64,000 nt of DNA from Candidatus Hydrothermales bacterium. Its GTDB lineage: Bacteria > Hydrothermota > Hydrothermia > Hydrothermales > JAJRUZ01. The stretch lies in contig JBCNUW010000001.1 of NCBI GenBank assembly GCA_039630575.1, forward strand, positions 32,659 to 96,658. Reading direction: 5' to 3'. The notes under the pieces are model-generated. The model had not been told where the DNA came from. It was given only the letters and a program-made list of their open reading frames with translations, and ran no database searches. This document shows positions 58,732 through 64,000 of this stretch, piece after piece (position 1 is the stretch's first letter; every line of letters begins with the position of its first letter). A program made the position numbers and the translations under genes.

Positions 58732-60451
58732 AATTAAGACTAAGATTTTTCAAGGAATCCCAGCTTCAAAGGGTGTAGTAATAGGAAAAGTAAAGAAATT
58801 TGATCTTAAAATTTTAAAAATTTCAGATCAAGAGGTCAAAAACAAAAGAGAGGAACTTGAAAAGTTTGAAAGGGCAAAAAGAGAGATAACAAGAGAGTTA
58901 GAGCTTGTATTAGAGCACTTTAGAGGAAGTTATAGAAGAATAATTGAAAGTGAAATACTTATTATTAACGATCCTGTTATAGAAGACTACGTAAAAAATT
59001 ACATCGAAAAAGGTTACAGTGCTCAGATGGCTTTCATTGAATCAATGAAAACCTTTCTTGCAAAGCTTGAACAGAGTGACAGTCTAGTCTTTAAACAACG
59101 AGCAAGAGAGATAAATCACCTTATAAGAAAGGTTTTAGAAGTTATCCACGGTAAACCGAGTTTAATTGATGCAGAGCAAGGAACAGTAATAGTTTCAGAT
59201 GACATATCACCAATAGATGTCTTTTCAATTTCAAGACAAACTGATATAGGAATTGTGATAGAGCATGGTGGTCCCACTTCTCATAGTATCATAGTAGCAA
59301 AAAATTTAAAAATACCAACAGTTTGTGCTGTAAAGGATATAACGGAATTTGCTAAAGATGGAGATGAGATTATTTTAGATGGGTGGTCTGGAAAAGTTAT
59401 TTTAAATCCTGATGAGGAATCAAAAAGAGAATATCAGAGAAAACCGTTACTTTATACTGAAGCATTAGATAAAATTATAAAGGGACCGAAAACAGGAAAA
59501 GGAAAAGAAAGAAAAAGAGTTTCAGTTATGGGGAATGCCGCAAGTTTGGATGAAGTTGAGGAAATTGTAAGAAACAAGGGATTCGGAGTTGGTCTTTTTA
59601 GAACAGAACTTTTAATGTGGGATCCCACAGTGTGGTACAACGAAGATAAACTGGCAGAAATTTTTGAGAGAGGATCAAAAATGGTTTTTCCTGATCCGCT
59701 CATTATAAGATTAATTGATATAGCCGGTGAACCAACAATCCCTGGGTTTGAAGAAAAAAATCCCTTTCTTGGTCTAAGAGGAATAAGATTCCTTTTGTTT
59801 GAGAAAGAAATAATGAAAAAGATGATGCGTTCTATTCTTAAAGCCTCTAATCTTGGAAATATAAGGATTCTTCTACCCCTTGTATCCACATTGAAGGAAG
59901 TTGAAGAAACAAGGAATGTTTTAGAAAAAGCTAAAAAGGAACTTACAAGAGAAGACATACCTTTTGATAATTATATAAACGTTGGAATCATGGTTGAAAC
60001 ACCAGCTTCTGCCCTAATGGTAAAAGAATTTACTCCTATTGTTGACTTTTTCTCAATAGGAACAAACGATTTAACTCAGTATACTTTAGCAGTTGATAGA
60101 ACCCATCCACTACTTGCTCCACTTTATAGTGAGTTTCACCCATCTGTTTTAAATTTAGTAAATCATGTTGTAAAGGGAGCACATCCATATAGAAAAAAAG
60201 TTGCAGTTTGTGGAGAAATGGCTTCTGATCCTCTTGGTGCAATAATACTAATGGGATTGGGTGTTGATGAGCTTTCAGTCCATCCTGATGCAATACCGCT
60301 TCTATACGGTGTATTTCAATGGCTTGAATATAAAAAAGTAAAGGAATTCGCTCGTAAGACATTAGAAATGCCGGACTCAAAAACTGTCAAAGAAAAAACA
60401 ATTGAATTTATAAGGAAAAATATACCTCCTTTAGGAATATTTTACGAGTAA
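58721..60451 (+). CDS. ptsI: PTS enzyme I
   Basis: GGPTSH (phospho-His), GVGLFRTE, NPFLGLRGIR, FFSIGTNDLTQY and CGEMA motifs. Confidence 0.93.
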   Translation: MRTKIKTKIFQGIPASKGVVIGKVKKFDLKILKISDQEVKNKREELEKFERAKREITRELELVLEHFRGSYRRIIESEILIINDPVIEDYVKNYIEKGYSAQMAFIESMKTFLAKLEQSDSLVFKQRAREINHLIRKVLEVIHGKPSLIDAEQGTVIVSDDISPIDVFSISRQTDIGIVIEHGGPTSHSIIVAKNLKIPTVCAVKDITEFAKDGDEIILDGWSGKVILNPDEESKREYQRKPLLYTEALDKIIKGPKTGKGKERKRVSVMGNAASLDEVEEIVRNKGFGVGLFRTELLMWDPTVWYNEDKLAEIFERGSKMVFPDPLIIRLIDIAGEPTIPGFEEKNPFLGLRGIRFLLFEKEIMKKMMRSILKASNLGNIRILLPLVSTLKEVEETRNVLEKAKKELTREDIPFDNYINVGIMVETPASALMVKEFTPIVDFFSIGTNDLTQYTLAVDRTHPLLAPLYSEFHPSVLNLVNHVVKGAHPYRKKVAVCGEMASDPLGAIILMGLGVDELSVHPDAIPLLYGVFQWLEYKKVKEFARKTLEMPDSKTVKEKTIEFIRKNIPPLGIFYE

Positions 60452-60470
60452 AAAATTTAAGAGAATCTAT

Positions 60471-61778
60471 TTAAAAAGATAACTTAAAACCTATGTTATT
60501 TATCTCCTTAATAACTAACCTTTCAAAATTAAACTTTTTAATATCTTCTTCTGAGTCAATATAAGATTTAACATCTATTTCAGGGGCATCAAATTCGGTG
60601 TGTCCAAAGATTCTTTTATCTTTTTTATATTCTGGAATAAATGTTACCTTTTTACCTATCAACTTAACAAGTGAGTTATTATTTTTTTCTAATATAAGCC
60701 TTTCCATGATATTAAATCTTTCTTCAGTAATAGTCTTTTTAAGTAATTTATAGTTTTGAAAAGCAAAACTTTCTCTTTCAGGATGAAATTTAAAAAGAGC
60801 CCATCTTTTAAATATCTCATTTTTCTTACAAAACTCGTAAAGTTCTTCAAAATCTTTTTCCTCCTCTTCAGGAAAACCCACAATTATTTCAGTTCTGATT
60901 GTCAAATCTCTTTGATTACTATACTTTTCAATCAATTCAAGGGCTTTAAAAACTGCCTTTTTACCACCTCTTCTTCTCATTTTCTTTAAAACACTCTCTG
61001 AAACATGTTGAATTGGTATATCAAGATAGGGAGCTATTTTTTCATTTTCAACTATTATTTTTAATGTTTCCTCATCTAAGTCAGCAGGATGGAGGTAGAA
61101 AACTCTCAAGATTTTGAGCTTTTTAAATTTTAAAAGCTTTTTTAGAAGATCTTTTAAACTTTTCCTTTTATAAAGATCAATTCCATAAAGACCTGTGGAT
61201 TGAGAGATTAAAATTATCTCGTAGAATTCGGAATCTAAAAGTGATTTTACCTCCTCCATAACCTTTTCCAATGGTTTTGATCGATATTTACCTCTTAAAA
61301 GTGGAATAATGCAAAAAGAACACTTTTCATTGCACCCTTCTGATATTTTTAGGTAAGCATAATTTATGGTCGGAATAATTCTTGGTGTTTTTTCTGTATA
61401 AAGAAATTTTGGTGTATCAAAGCTTGGATTAACCTTTCTATCAATTATTTTATCTATTTTTTTTATATCATCAAAACCAAATAAAAGATCTATTTCTTTA
61501 AATCTTTCTTTTATACTATCTTTAAACCTGTGAACGTAACATCCTCCTACAGCAATATAGTTAATTTTTTTTCTTTTTTTAAGTTCAATAAATTTTCTTA
61601 TAACCTCTTCAGTCTCCTTTACCGCAGGTTCAATAAAGGCACAGGTCATTACGAAAACTGCTTGCGCATCATCTTGTTTAACTAATTCAAAACCACAATT
61701 AAGAAGTTTTCCTGCTAGGTATTCACTGTCTACTTGATTTTTAGGACAGCCCAAGGTAACAATTGATATTTTTTTCAT
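60471..61778 (-). CDS. rimO: Ribosomal protein S12 methylthiotransferase
   Basis: LGCPKNQVDSE, TCAFI, radical-SAM GCNEKCSFC, YLDIPIQH and DAPEID motifs. Confidence 0.93.
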   Translation of the reverse strand: MKKISIVTLGCPKNQVDSEYLAGKLLNCGFELVKQDDAQAVFVMTCAFIEPAVKETEEVIRKFIELKKRKKINYIAVGGCYVHRFKDSIKERFKEIDLLFGFDDIKKIDKIIDRKVNPSFDTPKFLYTEKTPRIIPTINYAYLKISEGCNEKCSFCIIPLLRGKYRSKPLEKVMEEVKSLLDSEFYEIILISQSTGLYGIDLYKRKSLKDLLKKLLKFKKLKILRVFYLHPADLDEETLKIIVENEKIAPYLDIPIQHVSESVLKKMRRRGGKKAVFKALELIEKYSNQRDLTIRTEIIVGFPEEEEKDFEELYEFCKKNEIFKRWALFKFHPERESFAFQNYKLLKKTITEERFNIMERLILEKNNNSLVKLIGKKVTFIPEYKKDKRIFGHTEFDAPEIDVKSYIDSEEDIKKFNFERLVIKEINNIGFKLSF

Positions 61779-61786
61779 TAAGTTAT

Positions 61787-61794
61787 ATTATAAT
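61787..61794. promoter_or_regulatory. Palindromic ATTATAAT, a candidate bidirectional -10 for rimO (-) and the response regulator (+)
   Basis: TATAAT on both strands in a 21-nt gap; 8 nt from the rimO ATG and 5 nt from TTG 61800. Confidence 0.55.
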
Positions 61795-61799
61795 ATAAT

Positions 61800-62498
61800 T
61801 TGAATAACTTGAGAAATAAAGGACTTATATACGCGGTAGATGATGAATCTGATATTATAGATCTTCTAAGGCACCATCTTGAAAAAGTAGGTTATAGCTT
61901 TGAGGGATTTTATGATGCCTTGAGTTTCTTAAATACTCTTAGGAGAAAAAAACCCGATCTTATAATTCTTGATCTTATGCTTCCAGATTATGATGGTATT
62001 GAATTGTGTAAGGAGTTAAAAAGAGAGAATGATTATAAAGATATTCCAATAATTGTGCTTACAGCAAGATCAAAGATAGAGGAAAAAATTTTAGGTTTGG
62101 AAATAGGAGCGGATGACTATGTTACAAAACCTTTTTCTCCAAGAGAGCTTGTTGCAAGGGTAAATGCTGTTTTGAGGAGATATAAAGAAAAAGAGGAAGA
62201 AAAAGATGTTATTAAGGTAAATGACATTTTAAAAGTTGATATTAAAAAATATGAAGTTTATGTTAATAATAAAAAAGTTTATTTAAGACCAGCAGAATTC
62301 AAATTATTAAAACTTCTTGTTGAAAAAAAAGGTATCTTATTTACTCGGAGACAGATTCTTGAATACATATCAAAGGGAAAAAAGATTGTTTATGAAAGGA
62401 CTGTTGATGTTCATGTAAGAAACTTAAGGAAAAAACTTGGTGTAGCGGCAAAATTTATAAAAAACATAAAGGGTTTGGGGTATAAGTTTGAAACATGA
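61800..62498 (+). CDS. OmpR/PhoB-family response regulator
   Basis: VDDE, LDLMLP, GADDYVTKPFSPREL and winged-helix RTVDVHVRNLRKKL motifs. Confidence 0.93.
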   Translation: MNNLRNKGLIYAVDDESDIIDLLRHHLEKVGYSFEGFYDALSFLNTLRRKKPDLIILDLMLPDYDGIELCKELKRENDYKDIPIIVLTARSKIEEKILGLEIGADDYVTKPFSPRELVARVNAVLRRYKEKEEEKDVIKVNDILKVDIKKYEVYVNNKKVYLRPAEFKLLKLLVEKKGILFTRRQILEYISKGKKIVYERTVDVHVRNLRKKLGVAAKFIKNIKGLGYKFET

Positions 62499-64000
62499 AT
62501 AAAATAAATTTTAAGCTTACTTCAAGTTTTTTTCTTTTAATATTTTTTCTTACCCTTTTCATTTCAATTTTTCTATTTACAATCATAAGGAAAGAGTATT
62601 TAAAGGAAACAAAAAGAAATTTAGATAACTTTGTGACAATTTTAAATGAAAAGGTTAAAGTTTACCTTTTAAATAATGATTTAGAGAGTCTCAAAGGTGA
62701 AATAAAGATGCTTGGTGAAAAGGTTAATTTTGTTATAAGTGTTTATAATAATTCTGGCGAACTTGTAGCTGATTCAAAAATAGAAAATCTCTTAGACCAG
62801 GATAAAAGTAGACCTGAGATAGAAATAGCCTTGCATGGAGAAAAAGGATTCTTTGTAAGAAAAAGTGACACTTATAAAGGTAAATACATATTTCTAACTT
62901 TTCCTTTTGTTAAAAGTGAGGACGAAATTTTTGTTATCAGAGTAGGGGTTCCAGCAAGTGTTGTGGATAATTTTATATTAGATTTTATTAAGAGGGTAAT
63001 ATTAATCAGTTCAGTTCTTTTAATTATTTCACTTTTTATTTCCTTAATTCTTTCAAAACATTTTACTGATCCAATTAAAGATCTAATTTTTGCTTTCAAA
63101 AAAATCTCACATGGTGACACAAATATAAGGATATTTTTAAAAAGGAATGATGAATTAGGTGATCTCACAAATAGTTTTAATGAGATGGTTATTAGTTTAA
63201 ATAAAAACTTAAATGAGATAAAAAAGGAGAGAGCAACACTAGATTCTCTATTTAAAGCGTTACCTGACAATGTTTTTGTTTTAAACAAAAAGGGAGAAAT
63301 ACTTTACTATAATGAGAAAGTTAAGGAGTGTTTTAAAAATATAGAAAAATGTAAGTTTTATTATGAATTTTTAAAAGAGCCTGAATTTTCTAAAATTTTT
63401 GAGAAGGCAAATGAAAAAGAAGAGGCAGAGGGTCAAATAGGGTTTGAGTCAAAACTCTTTTATACAAAAATAAGAAAAATACCTGATACAGAAAATTTCA
63501 TTGTAGTTCTAACAGACATAACAGAAGTTAAAAAACTTGAGGAGATAAAAAAAGACTTTACCATCAATATTTCACATGAAATAAGAACTCCTTTAACTCT
63601 TATAAAGGGGTATATAGAAACAATTGAGGAAGAGGAAGAAATAAAAAATAAAAATTATATTTCCATAATCAAAAGACATATTAACAGGTTAATAGAGTTA
63701 ACTGAAAAAATAATTTATCTTTCACAGATAGAAACTGAAAAGTTTCTACAAATTGAAAAAGTTAACATAAAAGAAATAATTGAAAATGTCGTACCAATTT
63801 TTGAAAAGAGATTAAAAGAAAAAGAAATATCCCTTAAACTTGAATTGGAAGAGGAATTTAGAGAAATCAAAGCTGACAAAACTAAGTTGGAGCAGGTTTT
63901 TATTAATCTTTTTGACAATTCAATAAAGTTTACTACAAAAGGTGAGATAAGGGTTAAGATTCAAAGAAGAGATAATTTTGTGAGAATTGAGTTCATTGAT
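62495..64000 (+). CDS. PhoR-like sensor histidine kinase (TM-HAMP-PAS-HisKA-HATPase), truncated by the window end; absent from the ORF track
   Basis: ATG 62495 overlaps the regulator's TGA. Translation gives two TMs, RPEI, HAMP (DELGDLTNSFNEM), SHEIRTPL and QVFINLFDNSIKFT. Confidence 0.9.
   Translation, partial: MNKINFKLTSSFFLLIFFLTLFISIFLFTIIRKEYLKETKRNLDNFVTILNEKVKVYLLNNDLESLKGEIKMLGEKVNFVISVYNNSGELVADSKIENLLDQDKSRPEIEIALHGEKGFFVRKSDTYKGKYIFLTFPFVKSEDEIFVIRVGVPASVVDNFILDFIKRVILISSVLLIISLFISLILSKHFTDPIKDLIFAFKKISHGDTNIRIFLKRNDELGDLTNSFNEMVISLNKNLNEIKKERATLDSLFKALPDNVFVLNKKGEILYYNEKVKECFKNIEKCKFYYEFLKEPEFSKIFEKANEKEEAEGQIGFESKLFYTKIRKIPDTENFIVVLTDITEVKKLEEIKKDFTINISHEIRTPLTLIKGYIETIEEEEEIKNKNYISIIKRHINRLIELTEKIIYLSQIETEKFLQIEKVNIKEIIENVVPIFEKRLKEKEISLKLELEEEFREIKADKTKLEQVFINLFDNSIKFTTKGEIRVKIQRRDNFVRIEFID

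Noticed and set aside
1231..63918. Short antisense or overlapping ORFs in the track (e.g. 13375-13818, 54772-55089, 59452-59958, 62872-63288)
   Set aside because: They lie opposite well-supported genes, have Ser/Phe/Leu-rich shadow composition, and show no recognisable motifs.
1..64000. CRISPR arrays, IS elements, rRNA, riboswitches
   Set aside because: No regularly spaced repeats, transposase ORFs or long structured non-coding regions were seen. After adding the hidden genes, the largest intergenic gap is about 180 nt (57198-57377).

Overview
A gene-dense, very AT-rich (about 30% GC by eye) bacterial chromosomal window with about 60 CDSs and one tRNA-Lys(UUU). I see no prophage, IS element or CRISPR array. 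lpxD, lapA/lapB-like, tamB and TonB/ExbBD genes indicate a diderm envelope. Lys/Glu-rich proteins, the FBP aldolase/phosphatase and GC-rich tRNA stems suggest a thermophile, possibly a WOR-3/FCB-related lineage (inference only). Most genes are housekeeping genes in scrambled operons (lon, hflX, guaB, uvrA, nadCA, coaBC, mutS, pdxJ, maeB, fbp, ptsHI, rimO, phoBR-like). Five things stand out. (1) A 9.2-kb operon (20181-29397) couples a T9SS-CTD/FlgD-Ig cargo, a PorV-like barrel and a 922-aa TPR protein to an ExbB-ExbD-ExbD-TonB motor. It has no TonB-dependent receptor, and one ExbD lacks the conserved Asp. (2) A four-gene DUF6754 membrane cluster (7759-11150) looks like a pseudo-symmetric transporter. 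(3) Three genes missed or truncated by the ORF track appear to start at ATA/ATT. (4) Many -10 boxes lie directly before start codons (leaderless or near-leaderless mRNAs), including palindromic ATTATAAT bidirectional promoters. (5) A permease gene is split by a frameshift in a T6 run. All family assignments come from motif recognition, not database searches.
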